Of a stretch of DNA of 64,000 bases, positions 40,103-53,370 are shown piece by piece. Under the pieces are notes generated by a model. It did not search any database. It was not told where the DNA came from and saw only the letters and a list, made by a program, of their open reading frames with translations. Each line of letters opens with the position of its first letter. Within the stretch, counting starts at the first letter, position 1. The stretch spans positions 27,900,001-27,964,000 of the forward strand of contig NW_027266266.1 in assembly GCF_022045235.1 (NCBI RefSeq). Reading direction: 5' to 3'. The stretch is from Haliotis cracherodii (Eukaryota). A program made the translations under genes and the position numbers.

Positions 40103-40432
40103 TGATCTAGTGGGTAGATCGTCTGTCCAGAGAGTGATAGGTCTTTGGTTCGATCCTCGGCCGCGTCATACCAATAGACATCAAAAGATGGTACGTGTTG
40201 TTACCCTGCCTGGCACTCGGCATGAAGGGGCTTAAACAAGGACTGTTTGGCTCGGAGTCAGTATACTGTGTCTGAGTGGGGTATTCATGTTAAACTGCAG
40301 CATGGTATCTCTGTGGGCTAGCACTATAAACTCAGCATTAGTCTGGACAAGCACACACACACACGTGCATGCACGTGGCTATAAAAGTGCAATAATCTTG
40401 AACGTGATGTTAGACCCCATTTCACCTCACCT
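40103..40432 (+). mobile_element. SINE family B copy, slightly 5'-truncated
   Basis: Colinear with 25279-25651. Confidence 0.85.
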
Positions 40433-41185
40433 ATAGAGTGAATCTGACCTTCAATATCAGTTACAACTATTTCAAGGGCAATCCAGCATATGAACCAAAT
40501 ATAATGTCCCTACTGGAATTCAACAAAACGAAAATACTTCTAATTGAAAGTAGATCCAATTGACCCACCATTAGTTATCATTAGATTGTCATCACTTGTC
40601 AAATGATATAACCACTACATGCACAAGACTTACAACTAAAAGGGCATTTGAGTGAAAATGGCAAACATACAAATTACCTTCACTGTGACCTTGACCTCAG
40701 GATGACGTACCAAGTTTCATTGAGTTTCCTTCTTGAGGTGGGCTGTAAGTTTTGTTCAGGCTATGATGTGAAGGGGACATGACATATCATATGCCAAAAT
40801 GATTTCCCTGCATCACAAAGGACATATATACATGATAACCCTGAGATGTCCAAGCTCCCCATGGTTTCAAAATGAAACTGCTCATGCTTCTTAAATCAAA
40901 AGGATTGTAACTTCTCATACATAAGTATTCAAACAATATAACCACTACATGTATAAAACTTAATACTAACTCTCTGCAGAAAATAACAAAATCTATTTTT
41001 AAATGACATTCATTGTGACTTGAACACAAAGTGAAAACCTTTTTTCAGATTGCAGCCCCCTAACTCCATGGTTCACTGAAGTCCCAGTGCTATGTAGTGT
41101 CAAGAACAGGGAATGGTTGTCAAATTCAGACAACAATAAAAAGCAAGGTGTTGCATGACACACATGATGAGGATCCTTGTCAGAG

Positions 41186-41525
41186 GACCACCTCCTTAGT
41201 CTAATGGTAAAGCGTCTGCCCAGAGAGAGGAAGGTCCGGGGTTCAATCCCCGGCTGCGTCATACCAAGAGACGCTAAAAGATGGTACTTATTGTTACCCT
41301 GCCTGGTGCTTGGCATTAAAGGGCTAAAACAAGGACTGGTCAGCTTTGTGTCAGTATACTGTGTCTGAGTGGGGTATTCATGTTAAACTGCCATGGTATC
41401 TTGGTGTGCTAGCACTATAAATATGGACTAGTACAAGCAGCCCCACAAACACACACATGAACATGCACATCGCTATATAAGTGCAATAATCTTGGACGCG
41501 ACGTTAAACCCAATTTCACCTCACC
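41186..41525 (+). mobile_element. SINE family B copy, full length
   Basis: Colinear with 25279-25651; TSD tccttgtc(a/t)gag. Confidence 0.88.
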
Positions 41526-41574
41526 TCCTTGTCTGAGCTGAACAAACAACAATATCCATCATATGAACAGACAT

Positions 41575-41580
41575 TTTAAT
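41575..41580 (-). terminator. Candidate distal poly(A) signal (ATTAAA) of a minus-strand transcript
   Basis: On the - strand ATTAAA is followed by a GT-rich element (ttgttgtttgttc). It marks the edge of the A/C-skewed 41.6-52.6 kb region. Confidence 0.35.
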
Positions 41581-43554
41581 ATTGTCCATCACAGAACCAA
41601 TACAGTCTACATTATATCTGTAATGCTACTGTTAACAAGCCTGCCTTGTTGTAACAACTGGCATGATAGTTAGTCTTCTGCACTGGCTTGGTGTCAAATA
41701 CTTCAGCGGCAAGCAATAACATTTCCTCTTACCAGTACATGTTTATGTTACGTACTTTCATAACATTTAAGAAAACAATAAAATTTAGAAAATAACCATA
41801 GATCAAGTGATTAAAAACTGAATTCAGTGAATTAATTTGTATGAAAGATCAAGAATTTCATTTCCACTTTTAGAATAAGACACATCTACTCTTTGAATCA
41901 CTGTCATAAATGTAGGATACGTTGCAATCAATTGTAGTAAAGGCTGAGTGTACACATTTCATAAGACCAAGCTTAATTTATCCAAGTTTCTAAGACTCGA
42001 TCCCGGCATACTTGGCCCCATGCTGGCATGGCTGGCACACATGTCTGGGTACCTGCTCCACTTCTACACCCGGAACAACACTGAATCTTCCAATACAATG
42101 AACACTGTAACTGTGAGAGACGAAAGCTAGTATTAGAACAAATGAGATCTCTCAGAAAAAAATATCAAGGAAAATCGTTACATTTCTTATTGCCAAATGT
42201 TAATAAAAAATGTCCATGATGTCCCAAGATTCTAAACAAGTCAGTTCTGAGTCATGAAGCAAACAATCCAAATTACTTTCAATGTCTGTGGGTGTAGGGA
42301 GGAGTTACCTCCCTTCTGTTGCTTGCTGTTAAACATTTTGGTTGGTCCACAGTTTTAAGAACCACTGAATTCTGTTGAAATATTTTAGAAGGTGCAGATA
42401 ATTATACAGTGTTAGCCCCAAGCTAGGTGTGAAGCAAGTCATGGAACCATTATTATTGTGGGTTTCCAGGACGACAAAACATTACTTGGCACACAACATA
42501 TAGAATCTATTTTCATAATATATGCTTTTAGTATGCAATATGACATTGATATATTCCTTAATGTCCACAGCTGGTTGACTATTGTGGTATATGAAAGATG
42601 ACTCTATCATAATATACATTTGTAATTCCATATGATAAAACCATTGATAATATTTAACTCGACATGCATACTGTGATCCTGGCCAAGACGTACCCTGGCA
42701 CCAGGGGGTCCTCTCTACTCCTACAACAGGAGGGAGCATCCCTTAACTGTCTTTTACTACCCCTCAACTATCTTAATATTACTGAAATATTCCTACTAGC
42801 TGATTTAAGATCATATTCAGGTAAAGAAGGTTTGAACACAAACATAAAATACTTGGAGCTTAAAGCATACACAACATATCCAACAAACTATTGCCATTAT
42901 AGTTCTCTGTTTCATAAACAACACGCATAAAACGTTTTCAATCAAAGCAACAACTTCAACTGTTATTTGATGTGTACATGCAATTTTATTGTAAAACAGC
43001 CCGAAAATAATCCCCATTTCCACAGCCTGGAGTAACTGCCTAGTCAGCAATAATGTGGCATGAGTTATGCCTGATGACTCAAAACAACATGGGATACTAG
43101 TGCCCTGAAACGCTGCATCATTTATCACACAACAAATACAACATCAACATAAGTATGTCCCTGCATCAATATTTTCTCTGAAACAGTCATGAAAAAACAG
43201 CAACACTTTATACAGTGAACTTTCACACAATTTGCATACAATTCACATATGACATTAAAAATCTCGTTGAAAATGACAGTGACAAGTATTTATCAAATTG
43301 ATGGCTCTGAGATCATATGCTGCATGAAGTATTCGGACTAAAATAAATAGGCTTCACAGATCATCCTCAAACACACATTGCAAAACCCCTGCATGGAAAC
43401 AGTTACATCGACAACAGGGGATACCAGGTTCTCCTGTAGACAACAACATGGACAAAACTCAAAATACAAACAAAATAATTTGATGACATGCTGCATAAAG
43501 AAACAACTTGAGGAGTTGCACCTGGAGTATCATCACCAATCTTACAGAACATCT

Positions 43555-43808
43555 TTGTTTGTTTGTTTGTTTGTGTTTTGTTAACACTGCACTCAGCAAT
43601 ATTCCAGCTATATGACAGCGGTCTGTAAATAACTGAGACTGGACCAGATAATCCTGGAATTGACATCATGAGCATGGATCTTTGAAATTGGGATACGATG
43701 ACATGCATCAACCATGGAAGCAAGCCTAACTACCCGATTACATGAGTCGCCTCTTAAAACAATCATGGGTTGCTGAAGAACTATTCTAACCCTGTTCTTC
43801 ACGGGTCC
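43555..43808 (-). mobile_element. SINE-like family A copy
   Basis: Reverse-complement homology to 913-1163, with a (gttt)n tail. Confidence 0.82.
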
Positions 43809-45059
43809 AGAACATCTTGTAAATAACTAGCTAAGAAGATGTATGCGGCAGTCTTTGAACTAGTTTAGTTTTTCCATATACATATACATGTATATACTGC
43901 TGGAAAATTAGGGATCGCATGAGGAGTGACACCAGGAACAGTTCAGGATGTGGTCTCATTCAATGATACCTGGAAGGTATTAGAGGAAAATGTAAACAGA
44001 AAGCATGTCATCACAACTTAGTCATTGTGTAACATGGCTGTAAGAGAATGGTAGGAAATTGTTGCTTTGTGGCAGTGGTTGCCATAGCGACACAATACAT
44101 GACAGTAGCTCGCATATGGCAAGCATTGGGCCTGATTAGGTCGGGGAAAGTTTGAAATTTGAATAGGCAAACTGGTGATGGGATAATGTGGTCCTGATGG
44201 AAGTAAAACACAACAAACCTTTACAGAAGAAAATAACAGCATTAAGGGATAGATGCAGTTCATTATATAGCATACACACGATCAAACTGTGTGCACTTAA
44301 TTAAAACCAACTGGATCAGGAAGCCACTGGCTAGTGATTGCCATTAAGATGACTGCTTCTCACAGTTGGCATGGCGTTCATTGATTTTCCATTCAATTCA
44401 TGCGATCCACTATTTCTCCAATAGTTTAAAAAAAAATTCAAATTGCATCATTTTCATATCGGCATAATAAACCTCAACAAAGTATTTGGGTCAACCGTGA
44501 TAAGCCAGTGTGACAGCACATCATTCCTGTCACAGGACATGGCCATGGCAAACACTGGCTTCAGAATGTTGACCTCAATGAGGTAGTCGTTCTGTATTCA
44601 AAATAGAGTAAATTCTATCTTTGGTAAATAAGACATTCAACACACAGAGTTTCAGGTGGTCTCTCTGGCCCAGGACAACATTAATAATCTGTAAGTTCAT
44701 GGTTAAAAATAGGTATGTATTGTGAATTCATTGCTACAGAAGTTTTCCATCATTGATGGTTCTCTTTCCCTACTGTGATACTCCAGGTGGATGGTCACGA
44801 GCTGCTGGACAAGGTACAAGAAGTTCTGCTGCCAACACGAGGTACCCTCACAACCTCAGATACAAGTATTATTGGCTGGACCCTGCCCCCCACAGGCTGC
44901 TGTGGTGGTGGTCCACAATTGTTCAGTAAATGTTAACACATACACAAACTGGGAAGAAGAAGATATTGACCATACACATAGATGTAAGCAATCTGCACGT
45001 GGCTTCTGATATATAACAGATATATATGTTAACTAAATGCTTCCAATATGGACATCAAG

Positions 45060-45495
45060 AGCAACAAGAACTGCCAGCTCAGCAAGGATATCCTCAGCCC
45101 AGCAAGGACTGCCAGCTCAGGAAGGATATCCTCAGCCCAGCAAGGACTGCCAGCTCAGCAAGGATATCCTCAGCCCAGCAAGGACTGCCAGCTCAGCAAG
45201 GATATCCTCAGCCCAGCAAGGACTGCCAGCTCAGAAAGGATATCCTCAGCCCAGCAGGGACTGCCAGCTCAGCAAGGATATCCTCAGTCCAACAAGGAAT
45301 GCCAGCTCAGTAAGGATATCCTCAGCCCAGCAAGGACTGCCAGCTCAGGAAGGATATCCTCAGTCCAACAAGGAATGCCAGCTCAGGAAGGATATCCTCA
45401 GCCCAGAAAGGACTGCCAACTAAGCAATAAAATCCTCAGCTCAGCAAGGATATCTATCCTCAGTCCAGCAAGGACTGCCAGCTCAACAAGGATTG
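45060..45495. repeat. 38-bp minisatellite, about 11 units
   Basis: Unit cagcaaggactgccagctcagcaaggatatcctcagcc, built from 18- and 20-bp subunits that both start with cagcaagga. Confidence 0.95.
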
Positions 45496-47029
45496 CCTAC
45501 TGTGGGGGGCAGAACAGATATTGGCACACTCATGAACCCTGAATTATACATAATAGAGATTTGTTCCAGAGTTTGTATTTGAAAATAAATATCAATAATT
45601 CGGCAGAAAAATCATATATAGTTACAAACTGGGTAATTGAACCAGGAGGCTGAAAGTCTGATGAACTGTGGCTGTTTGATGTGGATCATCTGGCACTTCT
45701 CAAACATGGACCCAGTTAACAAAACCTCTGTTATGTCACATTAACTGTTGATAGTCACTCTGCCAGGTGATGGGAAGTGCGACTGTATAGCCGGCCTATG
45801 ATATTGCATGCATCCTGCAGCTGCCTGCCTGCACCAGCTCCTGCAGGTGGCAACATGTACACAGGGCCTATTTCTGTATGAACACGTCTGTGATTGGAAT
45901 ACCCTGTGTCAGCAAGTGTAAATCAGTAATATCTCTGCATGTCAACCACAACAACTATTAATGTTACACGATCCACTTCACAAAGCAAAACAAACTAATT
46001 ATAGTTGTGTTGTTGAAAATATAAACTTCTGTCTGTCTCACAGCATAAAGAGTGAATTTGTTCTGTTTCAACTGAGGGAACCCAATAAATATTAAATTGA
46101 CCCAAGTCACTCCCAAAGATGAAATATTTGGACCGCATGTTGTCTGTACTGTCGATGATGTGGGTTATGTGAAGTCATCTCATCCAATCACATCACCATA
46201 CCAGTGTACTGTCTTCAGTTACTCAGTCCCTACTGACAGGCAGTACATCACCATCAGGAGAATCAGGGGGGTGTCATAGGCTTCAAAAATTGAGCAGTTC
46301 ATTTTTGACAAAATGTATGAAAATGTAGACATTAGAAAAAGTTGCTTTCTCTGCAGAAAATACAATGACTATGTATATATAAGGCAGCGAATAATCTAAT
46401 ATATGAAAATACACAAAACATAAATCTGGAAAATATATCTCTAGGTTAGGAAATCACTAACATACATGAAAATAATAATTTGTCCAAAGTATAAAATTAC
46501 AGACGAAATGTCCACCACAAATTGATTGCCAAGGAAGAAACATTTCATGAAAGATAAAAACTAAACTAGTTCATGCAGTGCGACCAAACATTAAAATAGT
46601 CCCAGAGATCAGGATAAAAATTGAAGTATGATGATATTACTACACACCAATATAACACTTTTGTGTCTGTAATTCAATGTACTCAGCATCCCATGATCAA
46701 TACCCACTTTTTCACATGTCCCTCGATATTCATCTGCTTCTCAGCACCTTTCACTGATAATTCAAGTGGCCTTTTCTGCACCTTCTCAAACTTCATGTTC
46801 GCTATCAGCTGCTTCCCTGGAAATTCATGCGCCTCTTTCTGCACCTTCCCTGGATATTTTATGCATCCTATCTGCACCTTTCTTTGATAATTCACTGGCC
46901 TCCAGCACCATAATTCTCTTGATACTTATTTTAAATGTCCACTTTCCCTTGATACTTAATTCACGCGTCCTCTATACTTTCCCTTGACAGATATTTCATG
47001 TTCCCTCAAAACACTTTTTCCATTTTCGC

Positions 47030-48962
47030 TTGCAGTACAGTAAGCCACGCCCCTCTACATCTTCCCTTACATGCTGTAATGGAGCAGTAAGCCACGCCCC
47101 TCAACAGCTTCCCTTCCCTAACATGCTGTTTCGGAGCAGTAAGCCACGCCCCTCAACATCTTCCCTTCCCTAACATGCTGTATTGGAGCAGTAAGCCACG
47201 CCCCTCAACATCTTCCCTTCCCTTCCATGCTGTATTGGAGCAGTAAGCCACGCCCCTCAACATCTTCCCTTCCCTTCCATGCTGTATTGGTACAGTAAGC
47301 CACGCCCCTCAACATCTTCCCTTCCCTTCCATGCTGTATTGGAGCAGTAAGCCACCCCCCTCAACATCTTGCCTTCCCTTCCATGCTGTATTGGTACAGT
47401 AAGCCACGCCCCTCAACATCTTCTCTTTCCTAACATGCTGTATTGGAGCAGTAAGCTACAGCCCTCAACATCTTCCCTTCCCTAACATGCTGTATTGGTG
47501 CAGTAAACTACAACCCTCTACATCTTCCCTTCCCTAACATGCTGCATTGGAGCAGTAAGCCACACTCCTCTACATCTTCCCTTCCCTAACATGCTGTAAG
47601 CCACACCCCTAAACATCTTCCCTTTCCTTACATGCTGTATTGGTACAGTAAGCCACGCCCCTCAACATCTTCTCTTTCCTAACATGCTGTATTGGAGCAG
47701 TAAGCCACGCCCCTCTACATCTTCTCTTTCCTAACATGCTGTATTGGAGCAGTAAGCCACGCCCCTCTACATCTTCCCTTCCCTAACATGCTGTATTGGT
47801 ACAGTAAGCCACGCCCTCAACATCTACCTTTCCCTAACATGCTGTATTGGTGCAGTAAGCTACAACTCTCTACATCTTCTCTTCCCTAACATGCTGTAAG
47901 CCACACCCCTCAACATCTTCCCTTCCCTAACATGCTGTATTGGTACAGTAAGCCACGCCCCTCAACATCTACCCTTCCCTAACATGCTGTATTGGTGCAG
48001 TAAGCTACAACTCTCTACATCTTCTCTTCCCTAACATGCTGTAAGCCACACCCCTCAACATCTTCCCTTCCCTAACATGCTGTATTGGTACAGTAAGCTT
48101 CACCCCTTAACATCTTCCCTTCCCTAACATGCTGTAAGCCATACCCCTCAACATCTTCCTTAACATGCTGTAAGCCATGCCCCTCAACATCTTCCCTTCC
48201 CTAACATGCTGTAAGCCACGCCCCTCAACATCTTCCCTTCCCTAACATGCTGTGTTGGTACAGTAAGCTTCACCCCTTAACATCTTCCCTTCCCTAACAT
48301 GCTGTAAGCCATACCCCTCAACATCTTCCTTAACATGCTGTAAGCCACGCCCCTCAACATCTTCCCTTCCCTAACATGCTGTAAGCCACGACCCCCAACA
48401 TCTTCCCTTTCCTAACATGCTGTGTTGGTACAGTAAGCTTCGCCCCTTTAAATCTTCCCTTCCCTAACATGCTGTAAGCCATGCCCCTCAACATCTTTCC
48501 TTCCCTAACATGCTGTAAGCCACGCCCCTCAACATCTTCCCTTCCCTAACATGCTGTGTTGGTACAGTAAGCTTCACCCCTTAACATCTTCCCTTCCCTA
48601 ACATGCTGTAAGCCATACCCCTCAATATCTTCCTTAACATGCTGTAAGCCACGCCCCTCAACATCTTCCCTTCCCTAACATGCTGTGTTGGTACAGTAAG
48701 CTTCACCCCTTAACATCTTCCCTTCCCTAACATGCTGAAAGCCATACCCCTCAACATCTTCCTTAACATGCTGTAAGCCACGCCCCTCAACATCTTCCCT
48801 TCCCTAACATGCTGTGTTGGTACAGTAAGCTTCACCCCTTAACATCTTCCCTTCCCTAACATGCTGTAAGCCACGCCCCTCAACATCTTCCCTTCCCTAA
48901 CATGCTGTAAGCCACGCCCCTCAACATCTTCCCTTCCCTAACATGCTGTGTTGGTACAGTAG
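47030..48962. repeat. 1.9-kb minisatellite of 52/41/36-bp unit variants with higher-order structure
   Basis: Unit cagtaagccacgcccctcaacatcttcccttccctaacatgctgtattggag; the 41-bp variants lack tattggtacag. Confidence 0.97.
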
Positions 48963-51900
48963 CTGTTGCTACTACACTGATCAAAGGGTACTAAATACAT
49001 TGAAGACAGCACCAGACACCATTAAGAAACATACAGGAATTGACTACGAAATATTGCATCATAGTTACTAAAATATTACTGTCTATGATTCATATAAAAC
49101 ATTGTAAGAATCATATTTGGTATTTTACAATGTTCATTTTTCCACCTCAAACAAATTGCAAGATTTCTGTTCCTTCTCTAATTGTGATGAGCTGGTGTAG
49201 TATATTACACCCTCTGATATCAATACTCAAGCATACAATGACTGAGCTGTAATGGAATGATAGTAATTGAGCAAACTTGACGTGCTACAGAACTATCAAG
49301 CACTACGTCTGATTTTGCTGACAATGTTACTGTCCACAAGATGCATAAATACAATGATTTTTGATTCTAGTGTCTCCTATGTTTCAACTTCTTTTATTCA
49401 ACATTAAGAGCCACATGGCCTACATGCAGTGTAGAAATGTGTCATTTATGTAGTATACATTTCTAGAATCTAGGATGTATTGGTATGACAAGTCCTGCAA
49501 TGGGAATACAAATTATACCGACATAAAACAGTTATCATCAGCTGTAAAAAGTGTGACACTAGGCAATTCACTTTTCAAAATGAAGAAGTTTCACAACAAG
49601 ACTAAAGTTGCTGACTTATACAATCAGGTGAAGCGAAGTAGACAAGGAAGATGACAGTCTCTTCATTAATCTATTTATGCCTGATGATCATCAGGACATG
49701 TTATCAACAAACACAACAATATTGTTGCTAACACTAAACTGACTTGTTCCTGATGTCAGAGACTGCTGGGGGTAAGGCACCAGGTCGGAGCCCAGTCCAG
49801 CATGCAGTCCTAGAGCTAAGAATGTGACTGGACTTGGACTCTGCTGTTGCCTTGAAGGTGACACTGACTGACCGTCAGTTCTTGTGACTAGACCAGCTTC
49901 AACAACATTAACATAAGACTGTAAACATGAGAAGCACCAGTGAGAAGTTTAGGATGAACATCCCTGACTACAACAGAGGTCCACGGACATCCTGCTCCAC
50001 CCGCCAGCTCTGCCGGGGAATGCTGATTCTATCTTCATGAGATCGTTACAATGTAGACGGCTTGTTAACCTTGTGAATCCTTTGGCCACTGTGCACAACA
50101 AGACATGATGAGGTGCGTCATTTATCCAACATGATGGTCGTGAATACATGCTTTATTCAGTATTGCCAGTCATAGCTGAGACGGAGATGTTCTGTACAAG
50201 GTGCTGAGTGAGATCAGAATAGGCAGCACGTGAGCAACTCCCCCAGAATCCTACAACAGGGGAGTTGTCCGCACCTTGGCGAAGGATGATCAGCATTCCC
50301 CTGCATGTCCTGACACATCAGTCCCCACTCCAGGGGAGCTGAACTACAGCTGTCAACTGTATCTACATGGACTAATATCAACTGGTGACACCCGAGATGG
50401 CGAAGAAACACAAACAGCATCAGCCTTACTACATTACTGAATATCAGCACACCCATTTTGTCAACAGGACAGGAAAACGAAACAGTCCTAGTTCATAACA
50501 CAATGGACTTAATTCTGTCCTCTTTAACTTAGCTTAGAGCCTTGTTTCCATAAACATAAGGTCTGTGGTTGAAATTGGAAAAAGTGGTGGCAAAAACCTC
50601 TGAAAACAGTGACATAAAATTAATATTCAGAAAAAAAGTAATTCCATGAACATATTAATTCAGGGAAAAAATGGCAAGGAAGAAAAAAAATATGCCTAAC
50701 AACATACTGTCGTGATTATTTGTACATACACAGCCTTTCCTCTCTAAAGAAACATACCACCTACCCGGTACTTGTCAGCTATCAGCCGGGATGGGATGTA
50801 CACACAAAACCGGGAACTGAACCAACTGATTTTGTATACACTATACGGTAGCTAGTTTCTTAATATTATCATCATGATCACACCTTTCCATCATGTTCAT
50901 GTATATCATTAACAACAGAACTGCATACAATTTCAGGTTTAAGTAAATACCAAATGTTTCTTCAAGGGCTGACATTGCTGTGTGTGTTTCATCGACCATC
51001 CCCTCACAACATCCATTTATCAGTAAATAAATAACAGAAAAAATATACACCTTATTCACAAAAGAATACAAAAGCCTATGTTGTACAAAATGACACATAT
51101 GTAAAAATATCTGTATAGAAATAATCACTCTCTCATTCAGGAGACAGTGGGTGACCACACCTGTCATCACTGACCAACCTCGGACAGCTGACCGTCTGTT
51201 CGTCACATCGCTACTTGAACCAGGTGCATCTAGGCCAAGCCTTGTAACCTTCAACCTGGGATACAACTATCTTACTTTGGACCAAAACTCACAATGATGT
51301 TTGCAGTGTGAACCTGACTTGGGGGAACATTAATTTCACTTCTCAACACAATAGTTTTCCTAGAATCAAATGATGGCTAATTTTGATGCTTCATCATACG
51401 AACACATAGAGTAATATCACATGCAGAAATAACAAAAAAGCACAAAACTATTGGCAGATGTTATCAAATTCAGGAAGGCAATCCCCAAATGATTATACAC
51501 GGCCCAAACTGATACTGATCTCCTATGTGTTCCAGAAGTTCCAACACCAGCTCGTGAGTGTGTGACACCAGACCAGGTCCACACTGTACTAACACGGATC
51601 ATGTAAAATATAGGGAGAATCTTTATCTCAGTCATTGAGTTGGAAGCTAGTGGATCAGATGCATGGCATGAACACCACGATCAGGGAATACTTAGTTTCA
51701 TCTAGCACTACAAGCGAAAGTGGTTGCTTTGAGACCACTGTCACTTGTTGCTAACAAAGTATGTATCTATTCTGTATCCCCAACTGTTGACACACGAGGT
51801 TCACACTACATAGTGCATGGTGTGGTGCTGGGTAATAGGGCAGTGAGCTGTGTGAGCAATATATGAACAGGGGGTTGGGGGCAGGGAGGGGGGGCAGGGA

Positions 51901-52615
51901 GGGGGCAGCTTAATGGGTGCAGGGTAACTCACAATGGCAGTCATATTTTCACAGCTAAAATAATATATTTTCAAACATTCAAGATGATACCATTTGCCAA
52001 AGATGACTATAGAACTAGTAGATTGTTTCAATGAAAAGTAATTCTGATCAAGGAATACTGGATAAGTTAATTTACATTCAGTCCGCAAAAACAAAAGACG
52101 CGAAAATTAGGATAAACAGATTCCAAATGTAAATTTCCCTGGCCTGAACAATAATTGAATCCGTCTTTTCTTATCCACACTCCAACAGATGAAACCTGTG
52201 TGTATTTGTTGATTATGCTGGCGACTTTCCTCTGTGCATTACACTCACTACTGAACAGTCTGTAAACAAAAGTACATCACAACAACTGTCTAACATGTGT
52301 ATATAACATAAAGCTACATCAACAAAACAAAACCAACAAAACAATAAATGTACCCGCAGAAATTATGGAATATCAGGTGTTAAAATAGAAGCTTCTAGCT
52401 TGACAAAATAGGAAATAAACTTGTGCATGAATAGTGTATAAATTAAGGCAGGATAGAGTAAGTGCATCTGTCCTCAATATCAACAGTAGATAGTCCCTTA
52501 TATTTCACTTATATGCATTACTAAATATCTCTAAGAAGTCAGATTGTCAAACTGAATCAACAGCCATTTCTTGCAGCCATTCCTGGACTGATTGACTCAC
52601 TATCATAAATCAACT

Positions 52616-52850
52616 TCATTCAAAATCATCTATCTTGACTCTCTTCTTTAAAATATTTCCATAGGTATCTTCTGCCATAACAGTAGCTGTGGTGGTCCCC
52701 TCTGGTATGGCCTTGACCCTTGACCTCTTGAGTGTAAAGTCCAGTGGTGGAGTCTCGTGGAGGAACTCCCAGTGATGAAACACGAGTCCCCCAGGATCTG
52801 TCCGGAGCTCCACCAGCCTCAGACCGCATGCTGACAGAATGTGGCACTTG
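52616..52850 (-). CDS. Metallopeptidase terminal coding exon (KCHILSACGLRLVELR...MAEDTYGNILKKRVKIDDFE*)
   Basis: Acceptor ttctttgtcag| (phase 2); TGA at 52618-52616. Confidence 0.85.
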
Positions 52851-53106
52851 CTGACAAAGAAGAGTACACATTTATACAATTTAACAATGCACACACCCAG
52901 TAAAGATTTACACACATTTAATGGGACCTTAACAAGCATCAGATTTAGGCAATCACATTTTTGAATGAAAGAGTAGTACAATTATTCTACAAAGTGGTTG
53001 AGTTTTTCCATGACATCATGTCAGTGTAATTTGAGGTGAAGCAAAAGTGATGTAGGTCCTTGATGTCTACCTCTTTGGTGAAACCCACTAGCACAAGTTT
53101 CATACT

Positions 53107-53370
53107 GTTTGTGTGTTTGTTTGTTGTTTCACGCCACACCAAACAATATTCCAGCTATATGACAGCAGCCTGTAAATAATCGAGCCTGAACCAGACAATT
53201 CAGTGATTGACATGAGCATCGATGCTCTCAACTGGGGTATGATGACATGCATCAACCAAGTCAGCGAGCCTGACCACCCGATCCCGTTAGTCACCTCTAA
53301 TGACAAGCATAGTTGCCTTTAACGGCAAGCATGGCTTGCTGAAGACCTATTCTCCCCCGGATCTTCACGT
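53107..53370 (-). mobile_element. SINE-like family A copy
   Basis: Reverse-complement homology to 913-1163. Confidence 0.85.

Noticed and set aside
45026-45542. QQGLPAQQGYPQP-type repeat ORFs resembling a Gln/Pro-rich protein
   Set aside because: The unit is 38 bp, not a multiple of 3, so the peptide cycles through all frames. No convincing splice or start context.
51870-51925. G-rich tract able to form a quadruplex
   Set aside because: It is an isolated low-complexity run and is C-rich on the likely transcribed strand; nothing supports a function.
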